This document shows, piece after piece, positions 1 through 9,778 of a stretch of DNA of 64,000 nucleotides. Made by a program: the position numbers and the translations under genes. The DNA is taken from the sequence record LT960552.1, one strand, 5' to 3'. The notes below the pieces were generated by a model, which ran no database searches, was not told where the DNA came from, and worked only from the letters and a program-made list of their open reading frames with translations. Numbering within the stretch: position 1 is the stretch's first letter; each line of letters begins with the position of its first letter.

Positions 1-1299
1 GCATCCGTAATTGGAACAAACTTAAATATTGTATTCCCAACTTCTGGTGGTGGCGGTAGCACCGCAATTCCTGGATTGTTTACATCTTCACCTCCAGGAA
101 GTATAATGCAATATTCATTAATTTCTGGACAAAGTGTTTCATCAATTCGTGAACAACTTAGTGGTGAATCTGGTGGTCAAGCTGGTCGTGACGGAAGTTC
201 ATCTTCACCTTTTGTAACAAAAACTGGTTGGTGTTTTGGTGATGGGTTGTATTGGACATGGAATGGTGAAGGTGGATCTATAACAAAATTAGTTCCTAAT
301 TTAAACCAAAATGCATATCTTAAAGGAATTACAACAACTGGAATTACAAAAACTGATGCAACTATAGCAGGTTCTGGTAGTATAAGTTCAACTTCAATAA
401 CTGCACCACAACATTATCATGGGACTGGTATGATGTTGGGGTTATCTGGTCAAGTTGCTGATGATGCTATGTTCATAAGTAATAGAGTATGGAATGATGG
501 AATTCAATACCAAGGTGTTCAAATAACAGGTGATGTTCAAAGTAGAGTTGTAGGAAATGTAAATGGTTCGGATTCAAGAACAGCATTAAGTACCACATTG
601 GCTATATATACAGGTTCTGACACAACATCCCATACACATACATTAACTAACAACGATGTTGCACATTTTAATGTTGCAATGGTATATAATATTGCTGAAC
701 CAAGTTTAGCACTTAATCAAACTGCTGGTGATGCTAGATATGTACTTAAAGCTGGTGATATAATGACAGGTTCATTAACTATTGCTAACTCTGCAACAAT
801 ATCTACCAATGATACTAGTAATATATTATGGTTTAGAAACGCAGCAGGTCTAGAACGTGCGGCTATATATCATAATTCAACAACTAATACACTTAGATTA
901 AGAAGTAATGGTGGTAATGAAGTTACTATTAATCAGGTAGGAAATTTAACTGCACCTACCTTGACAGTAACTGGTGTTGCAGCAACAGGGCCATTAACAG
1001 TAACTGGTAGAATAGTAGCATCTGACGATATATGGGCGTTTTCTGATATTAGATTGAAAGAAAATATGATTCCTATTGATAGTGCACTTGATAAATTGGA
1101 AAAAATTACTGGATATATTGGTAATATGATAGGTGAAGATACTAAACGTTCTATGGTAAGTGCACAAGAACTTCAACAAGTATTACCTGAAGCGGTAAGT
1201 ACTAAAGATGAGTATTTGACAGTTAACTATTCTGCTATTATACCTCTATTAATTCAAAGTATTAACGAATTAAGAGAAGAAGTAAGGAGTAAAAAATAA
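1..1299 (+). CDS. Tail fibre protein, 5'-truncated, with C-terminal peptidase S74-type intramolecular chaperone
   Basis: Frame 1 is open from base 1, so the gene starts upstream. The body is Gly/Thr/Ser-rich and has a fibre motif (ARYVLKAGDIMTGSL). The C-terminus has AFS|DIRLKEN...ALDKLEKITGY...SAQELQQVLPEAV...VNYSAIIPLLIQSINEL. Confidence 0.85.
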   Translation, partial: ASVIGTNLNIVFPTSGGGGSTAIPGLFTSSPPGSIMQYSLISGQSVSSIREQLSGESGGQAGRDGSSSSPFVTKTGWCFGDGLYWTWNGEGGSITKLVPNLNQNAYLKGITTTGITKTDATIAGSGSISSTSITAPQHYHGTGMMLGLSGQVADDAMFISNRVWNDGIQYQGVQITGDVQSRVVGNVNGSDSRTALSTTLAIYTGSDTTSHTHTLTNNDVAHFNVAMVYNIAEPSLALNQTAGDARYVLKAGDIMTGSLTIANSATISTNDTSNILWFRNAAGLERAAIYHNSTTNTLRLRSNGGNEVTINQVGNLTAPTLTVTGVAATGPLTVTGRIVASDDIWAFSDIRLKENMIPIDSALDKLEKITGYIGNMIGEDTKRSMVSAQELQQVLPEAVSTKDEYLTVNYSAIIPLLIQSINELREEVRSKK

Positions 1300-1865
1300 T
1301 GGCAATACCTTGTACTGGCACAATAAAAGCTTCTGATATAAATGTCGAGTTGGGACGTCCAACAAATGGTACATTTAAAATTGGAAGTCCAGATGAACGT
1401 GCATTAGCAGGTAAACCATCTGGTTTAATTAAATTTAGTGATTTTTATTGTAAATCTGCCGCAGATCCATTACCTTGGAATGCATTCTCTTTACAAACAA
1501 TTGGTGGTCGCCCTATTAGTGGTGGTGTAGCACAATTATGGAACATTGATGGTAGTACTATTGGTATATGGGGTGGTTCTGTTGGGTTAATAAAATTCAA
1601 TAATCATTTTTTACGTCCAATAACACAAGTAACGTTCCAAACTTATTATCAAAATACAAATGCATGGCATACTGTATTTGTTTATGAAAGAACTAACACT
1701 GGTTCACAAGTAGCTTTAGGAAATTATGTTGGATTACAAACTTTCACGTTAAATGTTAATGTTCCTGCTGGTCAAGAGTTATGGTTTACTCTTTATGGTG
1801 GCGGTGACCAAGGAGATGCAAACTTAATGGATCTCTTTAGAATAACAAATGTGGTATATGCATAA
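1299..1865 (+). CDS. Tail fibre-associated adhesin-like protein (gp38-type N-terminal attachment motif)
   Basis: N-terminus MAIPCTGTIKASDINVELG...ALAGKPSGLIKFSDFYCKS is typical of proteins that cap fibre tips; overlaps the fibre stop codon. Confidence 0.55.
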   Translation: MAIPCTGTIKASDINVELGRPTNGTFKIGSPDERALAGKPSGLIKFSDFYCKSAADPLPWNAFSLQTIGGRPISGGVAQLWNIDGSTIGIWGGSVGLIKFNNHFLRPITQVTFQTYYQNTNAWHTVFVYERTNTGSQVALGNYVGLQTFTLNVNVPAGQELWFTLYGGGDQGDANLMDLFRITNVVYA

Positions 1866-1877
1866 TAAAAAGATTTT

Positions 1878-1906
1878 TGGAACAGGAAAAAATGTTCTGG
1901 TATAAT
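1878..1906 (+). promoter_or_regulatory. TGRAAY-class extended -10 promoter
   Basis: TGGAAC-N17-TATAAT with TGG before the -10. Confidence 0.75.
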
Positions 1907-1910
1907 AGAG

Positions 1911-1942
1911 GCATCCTAATGAGAAGTTAGGGTGCTTTTTTT
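1911..1942 (+). terminator. Intrinsic terminator overlapping the predicted transcription start
   Basis: GCATCCTAA-N7-TTAGGGTGC followed by T7. Confidence 0.6.
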
Positions 1943-1958
1943 ATACATGGAGAACCAT

Positions 1959-2261
1959 ATGAGCAAGAAAACTGAATCTAAGATCGAAGCACATGATTTA
2001 AATGATGTACAACGTAAAAAATTGAAAGATGGTTTAAATTCCGCAGTAGTTCAACTGTCTCACCTAGATACTCTTAAAGAATCATATGCTGATTTTATGG
2101 ATACTTTAGCAGATGAAATTGGTCTTGACAAGGGTAAATTGAAAACAGCAGCAATGCGTATCTATAAACAAGATTTCTTTGATAAAGTACGTGCACAAGA
2201 TGAAGTAGAAACAATTTTAACCGTATCTGGTAATTTATCAACACCAATGGATGATGAATAA
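1959..2261 (+). CDS. DsbA-like double-stranded DNA-binding protein
   Basis: GGAG plus ATG at 1959. LADEIGLDKGKLKTAAMRIYKQDF...DEVETIL resembles T4 DsbA in size and pattern. Confidence 0.5.
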   Translation: MSKKTESKIEAHDLNDVQRKKLKDGLNSAVVQLSHLDTLKESYADFMDTLADEIGLDKGKLKTAAMRIYKQDFFDKVRAQDEVETILTVSGNLSTPMDDE

Positions 2262-2266
2262 AAAAA

Positions 2267-2296
2267 TAATGCCTCAATGATGAGGCATTAACTTTT
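2267..2296 (+). terminator. Hairpin/terminator
   Basis: TAATGCCTCA-ATGA-TGAGGCATTA, then ACTTTT. Confidence 0.55.
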
Positions 2297-2322
2297 AAGT
2301 ACGTGAATTATAAGGAGATAAG

Positions 2323-5300
2323 ATGTATATAGATGGATATATGGAACGAAAGAGGACAAAAGAAGTCCTTCACGTGGCTGAACGTGTTAATGGTAAACGT
2401 ATTTTGCGAGAAATTGAACCTGTTTATGAGTATTTTGTAGAATCTCCATCAGGAACATTCAAAACTATCAATGGTACTATGGCTGAAAAGTTTGAATTTA
2501 CTAGACATCATGAAATGAAGCAAACTATGGAGAAATTACCTAGTACTGCAAAGATTTATGAATCTGATTGTAATGTTACATTTAAAACTTTAGCAAAACA
2601 CTATATGGGTAAGCCATCTCCAGATTTAAATATAGTATTTTTCGATATCGAAACTGATTTTCATCCAAAATTTGGATATGCATCTCCAAGTGATCCTTTC
2701 AACCGAGTAACTGCAATTTCTTTATATCAAAGCTGGACAGGAAAGGACTATGTTCTTACAATGGCACCTTCTGATATGGATAATGTAGAAGCACAAGATA
2801 TTATCAACCGTTTGAACCACGAAACTAATGACCCTAACAGTACTGTATTGTTATATACAGATGAAGCTGAAATGTTTTCGGATTTTTTCGATTTGATTGA
2901 AGATTCTGACATTTTATCAGGATGGAATAGTGAATTTTATGATATTCCTTATATGGTTAATAGAACTCGTAAGATATTCAACGAAGCGACTTTAGCTAGA
3001 TGGTGCTTGTGGAATCGAAAGCCAAATGCTCGTGAAGCTGATATGTTTGGTAAAACTATTGTAACATATGACCTAGTTGGTCGTGTACACTTAGATTATC
3101 TTTCATTATATAAGAAACATGCTGGTCAAGTAGAACAATCTTATAAATTGGACTATATTGCTGAAAAAGTAACTGGTGAAAACAAAGTTTCATATGATGG
3201 TTCATTGGATAAGTTGTATCGAGAAGATTACTTAACGTTTTTACGTTATTCTAAACAAGATAGTATTCTATTAAAGAAAATAGATGATAAAATGGACTTC
3301 ATCAATCTACATAACCGATTGGCTCATAAAGAATGTGTACTTATTAGTACTACAATGGGTTCAGTGGCATTGATTGATACTGCTATCATTAATCTATCTC
3401 ATAAACGTGGTGAAGTAGTATTCAATAAACGAAAACTTGATGATGAAGATGAAAGTTATGATTATCAAGAATATGAAGATTATGATGATGAGGATGAAGA
3501 CGACGAACCAAAAGCAGGATCGAAAGCCGCAGGTGCATGGGTACAAGATCCAGTACTTGGATTAATTGACTTCTTGGGTTGTATTGACTTTAACTCATTA
3601 TATCCAACAGTATTACGTGCGTTAGGTATGAGTACTGAATGTATTCTTGGACAATTGCGTCAAACATATACTGATGCATATCTTGCTGAACGTATTGATG
3701 AACAACGAATGAAATTCCGTGGAAGAGGTAAATTTGAACCTAAATGGACTGAAGCATGGCATGGTTTATTTGCTAGTGTTGAATTTACAATGGTTCGTGA
3801 GAAATCAGACGATATTATCACTGTAGATTTGGAAGATGGTTCATCATTCCAAGCATCTGGTGCAGAATTATATGATATTATATTTGGTGAAGATAGTACT
3901 ATAGTATTAAGTGCTAATGGTACATTGTTTGATAAAACCAAGTATGGTGTAATTCCTGAAATTCTTACTATTTGGTATTCTGAACGTAAAGCTCAGCAAA
4001 AAATGGTAATCGATTACAAACATCTTGCAACGGATGGTTGGGAATTAGCAAGTGAAATTGTTTCTGAATTAGAAGAAGCATTAAAATTATTACAATATGG
4101 TAATAGTTTGCATAAAACGAACTTACATGAAGACGACCCTGTATATCTTATTAGATTAGCATTGGGATCTGGTGATATAAGTTCAGCAGCTAAGATCATT
4201 GCTGATAATGGTATGCGTTTTGAAGGTGGTAAGTTGTATTCACCTGAAGAAGATAAAAAGTACTGTAAAGTTCAATCATCTTTCTGGAAACAGAATCAAC
4301 AAATCCGTAAAATTTTGTTAAACTCACTATATGGTGCGTTATTGAACAAAGGTTCTAGATTCTTTGATAAGAGATTAGGTCAATCAGTAACTTTAACGGG
4401 TCGTAGTATGACTAAACACCTTGCAAGTAAGATTAATGAAGTATGTACTGAAAATTATGATCATGGTGGTGGTGTAGTTGTATATGGTGATACCGATTCT
4501 GTGTATTTTAGTGTAGCACATTATTATAAAGAGAATGATATTTCATTTGATTTATCTAAAGAAGAAGTAATTGAGCTATATCAAATGATTGGTGATACAG
4601 TAGGTTCATCATTCCCATCATTTATGGATGAAACCTTTAATACTGGTATAGATAATGGTAAAATTGTAGGGGCTGATCTGGAAATGGTAGGTTCTCGTGG
4701 TCTATTTTTGAAAAAGAAACGCTATGCTATACTAAAATATTGGGAAGATGGTTTCCGTTTAGATGTTGAAGGTAAACCTGGAAAAGTTAAAGCAATGGGT
4801 CTTGAAATTAAACGTTCAGATACACCAAAATACATTCAAAATTTCTTAGAAGACACATTAACATCATTGCTTGTTGGGTCAGAAGAAGATGTATTACGTG
4901 CGAAAGTTCGTGAATTCAAAAAGCTATTCAAAGATCGTCCTTCATATGAGAAAGGTCAACCTAAAACCGTTAAAAATTATTCTAATAAATTTAAAGAATA
5001 TGAAGAAACTGGTAAATGTAGAGTTGGACATGTTCTTGCAGCAATACAATGGAACAAATTACGTACTATATATGATGATATGACTGTTCCAGAAGCAACT
5101 GATGGAACTAAAGTTATAGTTTGTAAGTTAAAACCAAATCCATATGGTATTACATCGGTTGGCTATCCTATTGACTGTACCGAATATCTACCAGAATGGT
5201 TTTTATCATTACCATTTGATGACGATGATATGGAAAAAGCAGTACTAACTAAAAAATTAGGAAATATATTTGGTATTTTGGATATGGACTTGGCTATTGA

Positions 5301-5349
5301 TGAAAAAAGTTCAATTGAATTGAATACTGGTTTCCTAGAGTGGATATAA
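2323..5349 (+). CDS. gp43: Family B DNA polymerase (T4 gp43-like)
   Basis: Exonuclease motifs FFDIETD, GWNSEFYDIPY and YKLDYIA; polymerase motifs DFNSLYP, KILLNSLYG, YGDTDS, KKRYA and GLEIKRSD. Confidence 0.97.
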   Translation: MYIDGYMERKRTKEVLHVAERVNGKRILREIEPVYEYFVESPSGTFKTINGTMAEKFEFTRHHEMKQTMEKLPSTAKIYESDCNVTFKTLAKHYMGKPSPDLNIVFFDIETDFHPKFGYASPSDPFNRVTAISLYQSWTGKDYVLTMAPSDMDNVEAQDIINRLNHETNDPNSTVLLYTDEAEMFSDFFDLIEDSDILSGWNSEFYDIPYMVNRTRKIFNEATLARWCLWNRKPNAREADMFGKTIVTYDLVGRVHLDYLSLYKKHAGQVEQSYKLDYIAEKVTGENKVSYDGSLDKLYREDYLTFLRYSKQDSILLKKIDDKMDFINLHNRLAHKECVLISTTMGSVALIDTAIINLSHKRGEVVFNKRKLDDEDESYDYQEYEDYDDEDEDDEPKAGSKAAGAWVQDPVLGLIDFLGCIDFNSLYPTVLRALGMSTECILGQLRQTYTDAYLAERIDEQRMKFRGRGKFEPKWTEAWHGLFASVEFTMVREKSDDIITVDLEDGSSFQASGAELYDIIFGEDSTIVLSANGTLFDKTKYGVIPEILTIWYSERKAQQKMVIDYKHLATDGWELASEIVSELEEALKLLQYGNSLHKTNLHEDDPVYLIRLALGSGDISSAAKIIADNGMRFEGGKLYSPEEDKKYCKVQSSFWKQNQQIRKILLNSLYGALLNKGSRFFDKRLGQSVTLTGRSMTKHLASKINEVCTENYDHGGGVVVYGDTDSVYFSVAHYYKENDISFDLSKEEVIELYQMIGDTVGSSFPSFMDETFNTGIDNGKIVGADLEMVGSRGLFLKKKRYAILKYWEDGFRLDVEGKPGKVKAMGLEIKRSDTPKYIQNFLEDTLTSLLVGSEEDVLRAKVREFKKLFKDRPSYEKGQPKTVKNYSNKFKEYEETGKCRVGHVLAAIQWNKLRTIYDDMTVPEATDGTKVIVCKLKPNPYGITSVGYPIDCTEYLPEWFLSLPFDDDDMEKAVLTKKLGNIFGILDMDLAIDEKSSIELNTGFLEWI

Positions 5350-5360
5350 AAGGAAAATAT

Positions 5361-5813
5361 ATGAATAACTATGACAATCTTTTTCAAAGAATTGGAGAAG
5401 CATTAACTTCTGGTGGTGAATATAACATTATTCGTGCTAATGATGATAATGAAATTGCCATTTTGAATAATGCTGGATTTGTACAAATCGGATCTATGAA
5501 AGATGGAGACACTATAGTGTCTCTATTTAAAATTGAGTTAAAAGCAAAAGAAGTTATTAAAATAGTAGAAGTACCTACTAAACTATCACCACCTTGGAAT
5601 AATTCTCCAATTGATCGTCAACCATTTTGGGATAATTCACCAAATGACCGTCAACCTTACATAACAAATACTCCACATATAATGTATAGTACTGGAACTG
5701 GTGATACATCAGAATGGATGTATAAAAAATACAACAATTCTGTAGATCTTACTTTATCAACAGAACTATACAAATTAGCAACTCTTAAAGCACCTAAACA
5801 TAATAATACTTAA
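5361..5813 (+). CDS. Hypothetical protein with an 11-aa imperfect tandem repeat
   Basis: AAGGA RBS before ATG 5361; WNNSPIDRQP / WDNSPNDRQP. Confidence 0.6.
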   Translation: MNNYDNLFQRIGEALTSGGEYNIIRANDDNEIAILNNAGFVQIGSMKDGDTIVSLFKIELKAKEVIKIVEVPTKLSPPWNNSPIDRQPFWDNSPNDRQPYITNTPHIMYSTGTGDTSEWMYKKYNNSVDLTLSTELYKLATLKAPKHNNT

Positions 5814-5819
5814 AATTTT

Positions 5820-5848
5820 TGAAACGTATACAATTAATCTGGTATAAT
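5820..5848 (+). promoter_or_regulatory. TGRAAY-class extended -10 promoter
   Basis: TGAAAC-N17-TATAAT with TGG. Confidence 0.75.
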
Positions 5849-5879
5849 TGTATACGTTAACAACATGGAGAATTAACAA

Positions 5880-6611
5880 ATGGAATTACGTGACGTACTA
5901 CGCGACCTAGTAACTACAACTGCTGGAATTGATTTTGATTGTATCGCTATTTCTAGTGAAGATCGGGGTCAAGGTCAACGAATTTATATGGAAGCATATA
6001 CTGGCGATAAAAACTTAGTTATGAGAGCATATACTAAGGAAGATGTACCTGAAGTTGTTGGGCGTTTTGGTATTGGTAATCTTGGAATGCTTCAAGGTCT
6101 ATTAAATCTAAATGTTTACAAATCAGAAAGTACTAAAATAAGTGTGAATGCAAAAGATGGTATTGTAAAAAGTCTTTCATTTGCTTCAGACGATGCAAAC
6201 ACCAACTATCTAGTAGTTGCAGAAAAATTTATTCCACCTCAACCACGTTTCACTGACAAACCATATGACGTACAGGTTACACCTAGTGCTTCAAAAGTCA
6301 ATGAGCTAAAAAGCTTCTCAGGAGTGTTTAAATCATTCACTGCTCACGTTACTCCCTTTACTGAGAACGGAAGTTTGTATTTTTACGTAGGTGAGAAGAA
6401 TAAAAATAACCATACAGGTACATTATTATTCTCTAAAACAGATGGTGAGTTATCTCAAGGTTATGGCTATCCTATTGAACGTGTTCTACAAGCATTGAAC
6501 CGCGTATCCAATGCTGAACAAAAATCAATTGGGATTACCAAAACTGGTATGTTTAATGTAACAGTAGATACTGGTATTGCAGTTTATAGCATCTATGTAA
6601 GTGGTTGCTAA
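5880..6611 (+). CDS. Probable DNA polymerase sliding clamp (gp45-like)
   Basis: 243 aa with an alternating alpha/beta pattern and GRFGIGNLGMLQGLL; follows the polymerase. Inferred from size and pattern. Confidence 0.5.
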   Translation: MELRDVLRDLVTTTAGIDFDCIAISSEDRGQGQRIYMEAYTGDKNLVMRAYTKEDVPEVVGRFGIGNLGMLQGLLNLNVYKSESTKISVNAKDGIVKSLSFASDDANTNYLVVAEKFIPPQPRFTDKPYDVQVTPSASKVNELKSFSGVFKSFTAHVTPFTENGSLYFYVGEKNKNNHTGTLLFSKTDGELSQGYGYPIERVLQALNRVSNAEQKSIGITKTGMFNVTVDTGIAVYSIYVSGC

Positions 6612-6619
6612 TATTTTAC

Positions 6620-6642
6620 ATGGGGGTTTATCCCCCATTTTT
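6620..6642 (+). terminator. Intrinsic terminator
   Basis: ATGGGGG-TTTAT-CCCCCAT followed by a T run. Confidence 0.6.
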
Positions 6643-6655
6643 ATTGGAAAAAATA

Positions 6656-7270
6656 ATGAGTACCCCAAGATTTATTGCTGATACCCATATGGGTCATAGA
6701 AATATATGGAAATTTAGACCAGTTTTTGAAAGTACCTTACATAACGATTTGTATTTTCAATATGTACTGGCTGAAATTTGTACAAAACGAGATTCAATGT
6801 TCTTTTTAGGTGATATTCTTTTTGATGAAAAATACTTACCATTTATTAAAGAATTACCTGGTACTAAAATTTTAGTACTTGGAAATCATTGTACTGAATA
6901 TATTAGTACTAAAAAATTATGTGATGCATTTGATGAAGTTCATTCAATGATTCGATATAAAGAATTTTGGCTAACTCATGCTCCTATACATCCAGATGAA
7001 TTACGTGAAAAGAAAAATATTCATGGACATGTTCACACTGAATCTATAAATGATTTTAATTATTTAAATGTATCAGTAGATAGTTCATTTATGAATTTTT
7101 TACCTAAGACATTACTAGAAGTTAGACAGGCATTTGCTACAGTAAATACAGAGCAAAAGATTTATGCTGGTGTTGATAATGAAAATGCACTTAATGTTAT
7201 AGAGAGTAATCCTATTTCAAAAAATGCATATTATAGATCACTTGCTGAGTCAAGAAAAATAACTGTCTAA
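6656..7270 (+). CDS. Calcineurin-like metallophosphoesterase
   Basis: Motifs DTHMGH, LGDI, GNH, HAPIH and HGHVH. Confidence 0.88.
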   Translation: MSTPRFIADTHMGHRNIWKFRPVFESTLHNDLYFQYVLAEICTKRDSMFFLGDILFDEKYLPFIKELPGTKILVLGNHCTEYISTKKLCDAFDEVHSMIRYKEFWLTHAPIHPDELREKKNIHGHVHTESINDFNYLNVSVDSSFMNFLPKTLLEVRQAFATVNTEQKIYAGVDNENALNVIESNPISKNAYYRSLAESRKITV

Positions 7271-7279
7271 GGAGTAGAT

Positions 7280-7489
7280 ATGCCATTATATACATATCGT
7301 TGTTCTATTGAAGAATGCGACCATAGTGTAGAAAAGATTGTAAAAATTGCAGATCGTGAAGCTACCACGCTTGATTGTCCAGAATGTGGTACTGAAAAAA
7401 GTATGCAATATGAAACATTCACACCAGGTGATAAAGGTAGTAATTTATATTTCAGAGGGAATTGGTTTGCCAATACAGGCGGCTATTAA
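7280..7489 (+). CDS. FmdB-family zinc-ribbon protein
   Basis: MPLYTYRC..EC.H...CPECG. Confidence 0.8.
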   Translation: MPLYTYRCSIEECDHSVEKIVKIADREATTLDCPECGTEKSMQYETFTPGDKGSNLYFRGNWFANTGGY

Positions 7490-7508
7490 AGTTGATTGGA
7501 GTTAATAC

Positions 7509-7796
7509 ATGCAATTAAAAATGATTAACGATTATGTGCTAATTGCACTAATTGATAATAATAGGGTAACATCGAGTGGTTTAATCTTAACCACAGTTGA
7601 ACCTCCTTGTACTGGAACAGTACTATCAGTGGGTCCAGGAAGATTTTTAGATACTGGTGACCGAGAAGAACACAACTTAGAAGTTGGTGACGTTGTAATT
7701 TTTGGTAAATCTTCACTAAATATGCCAGTAGAAGAAGATAATGTAAAATATTATGTTATGAAAATTGGTGATATATTCGGGAAGAAAAATGGCTAA
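7509..7796 (+). CDS. groES: GroES/Cpn10 co-chaperonin
   Basis: NDYVLI...TSSGLIL...GTVLSVGPGR...VGDVVIF; 95 aa. Confidence 0.9.
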   Translation: MQLKMINDYVLIALIDNNRVTSSGLILTTVEPPCTGTVLSVGPGRFLDTGDREEHNLEVGDVVIFGKSSLNMPVEEDNVKYYVMKIGDIFGKKNG

Positions 7797-8514
7797 CAAA
7801 ATTATACCATTCTGGTTGTACCCTTCTCATTGGGGTCTAAAAGGTCAAGCTAAAGAGCTTGCACAAATTAATTTTTATTTTGATGGTGTTGAAGCAGATC
7901 TAAAACGTGCAGATATTATATATCTCACTAAGTCAGAATGTGAACATGCAAAAAATGAAATTAAATTTAAATATAATTTATATGATGAGTTTCAGTATGA
8001 ATTAAACAAATTACAAATAGATTTGAACATTAATGTAATTACTGCACATGAAGTAGAATTGCTAACTTTGCAATTGAAATTAAAACATAATCGCATTGAT
8101 GAAAAAACTTATGATAGTGAATTTGTTGAACTAATTAAAGATGATGAACAGAAATACATTGCAGCATTGAATTATTCATTAAAATATGGTGATATTACAC
8201 AAGATGAATATGAAAAAGAACTAAAAACTCATGAAAAAGAGCCTTGGTTTAAATTTGATATTGAATTTGATGAAGGTGAAAATGATTTAGTAGTTACTTT
8301 TGATTATAATGAATATTTTTGGAAGAAATTGCGTAGTGAAGGACACCCAGGTAATGATGAACATGAAATCATTGATAACTTTATTAAAGATTGGGGTCGT
8401 AAATTAGCAACTGAAGACTACAATGGTGACTATGACACAAAGTTAACAAGTCAGAACGACGAGATGAATCAAGCGACTGGTACTACTGACACAGGTTTTA
8501 AGATTTACGAATAA
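7789..8514 (+). CDS. Hypothetical acidic protein
   Basis: Long ORF; probable start ATG 7789 overlaps the end of groES. Confidence 0.7.
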   Translation: MANKIIPFWLYPSHWGLKGQAKELAQINFYFDGVEADLKRADIIYLTKSECEHAKNEIKFKYNLYDEFQYELNKLQIDLNINVITAHEVELLTLQLKLKHNRIDEKTYDSEFVELIKDDEQKYIAALNYSLKYGDITQDEYEKELKTHEKEPWFKFDIEFDEGENDLVVTFDYNEYFWKKLRSEGHPGNDEHEIIDNFIKDWGRKLATEDYNGDYDTKLTSQNDEMNQATGTTDTGFKIYE

Positions 8515-8543
8515 AAAAAGGAGAACATAATGTTCTCCTTTTT
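8513..8543. terminator. Bidirectional terminator between convergent genes
   Basis: AAAAGGAGAACA-TAA-TGTTCTCCTTTT. Confidence 0.8.
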
Positions 8544-8556
8544 CGTTTTTATAATA

Positions 8557-9213
8557 TTATAGTGACAAAGCTGGAATAGTTTTATACACTTTAATAGCAA
8601 AGTTACCAGCAGTAGCAGCAGTAGCAGAAGAAGCTAAAATAACTTCAGTACCAGTACTGGTTAGCATTGGAACACCAGTAAGATCATCGATTAATAGACG
8701 ACCTTCATCGATTGCACCAGATGGAACACCTTGGAAAGTTGTAAGATCTTTATCAAAAACATTTGCACGTTCTACCAAGAATGTGATAACATTTGCAGAA
8801 GCAACAGAAGCCGCACCAGTAACACCTGAAGGGGCATTCTTGAAGCCAGCAACCGCTACAGCAGCAGCAGTATCAGAAGTTGATAGGATGACCGCACGTT
8901 GTTGAACAATGTCAATGACACGCTTTACGTTGGTTTGAGCGGCATATGCAGCAGTATAATCAGCAGCTAGTGATACAGCAACGAATGCAGTACCATCAAC
9001 ACGAGTCACACCTTTATCATTCAAAAATACAATGATAGTATCTGCATCTTCGGTGTTAAGAAAACGTTGTAGCTCAGTAAAAGATGCAACAGCACCAGTA
9101 ACTTTAACAACTACGTTTGAAGCACCACCGATAGCAATAGATACTAGGGCGTTTTTACCATAGAAATAGCCAAGTACACCAGATTCAGAAAAACCATTAA
9201 TACGTTCTAACAT
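8557..9213 (-). CDS. Ala/Val/Thr-rich probable virion structural protein (paralogue of the next gene)
   Basis: Shares QRAV...ITFLVER..V..K and the C-terminal A.KV...P.L with 9230-9778; AGGAG RBS. Confidence 0.6.
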   Translation of the reverse strand: MLERINGFSESGVLGYFYGKNALVSIAIGGASNVVVKVTGAVASFTELQRFLNTEDADTIIVFLNDKGVTRVDGTAFVAVSLAADYTAAYAAQTNVKRVIDIVQQRAVILSTSDTAAAVAVAGFKNAPSGVTGAASVASANVITFLVERANVFDKDLTTFQGVPSGAIDEGRLLIDDLTGVPMLTSTGTEVILASSATAATAGNFAIKVYKTIPALSL

Positions 9214-9229
9214 ATTTTAGTCCTCCTTA

Positions 9230-9778
9230 TTAGACTAGTACTGGTAGTGCAGCAAATACTTTAATTGCTACGCCAGCAGCTAGTGCAGCAGAACCATCTT
9301 TTTTCTGGAATACACCAGCTTGTGCTAGATTAGTAGCGATTTCAACAGTAGGATCAACTGTTAGTGCATAAGTAGCACCTGGTTTATTAACTTGTTTAGT
9401 TAGAACATCTTGACGTTCAACGATGAAAGTAATACCAAATGAAGCAGCAGCAAGAGTACCAGCAGAACCGTAAGCGATAACGTTTCCACCAACAGTTCCG
9501 AAACCGGAAGCAGTAGGGTCGATTGTATTAGAAAGTACAGAAGTAGTTACTAATACTGCACGTTGTGCTAAAGCTTGTGCTATAATAAATTGGTTTTTTT
9601 CAGCAGCAGATAGTGCAGTTTGAGCAGCATCAGTACCATCTTGTGGAACTGCGGTAACTCCAATTTCTACATCTGCTGGTAGAGTAATTACAACAGTTGC
9701 AAAACCGTTATTACCACCCCAATATTCGCGACTATGTTCTGACATGCCATAGTTACGGTCAAAAGAATTAAGACTCAT
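9230..9778 (-). CDS. Ala/Val/Thr-rich probable virion structural protein
   Basis: AGGAG RBS before ATG 9778; late-type TAAATA upstream; paralogous to 8557-9213. Confidence 0.6.
   Translation of the reverse strand: MSLNSFDRNYGMSEHSREYWGGNNGFATVVITLPADVEIGVTAVPQDGTDAAQTALSAAEKNQFIIAQALAQRAVLVTTSVLSNTIDPTASGFGTVGGNVIAYGSAGTLAAASFGITFIVERQDVLTKQVNKPGATYALTVDPTVEIATNLAQAGVFQKKDGSAALAAGVAIKVFAALPVLV

Noticed and set aside
3620-4320. Intein or intron in the long stretch between polymerase motifs A and B
   Set aside because: There is no Cys/Ser-start and His-Asn-end splice motif, no LAGLIDADG block and no frame break. T4-type polymerases have extended fingers here.
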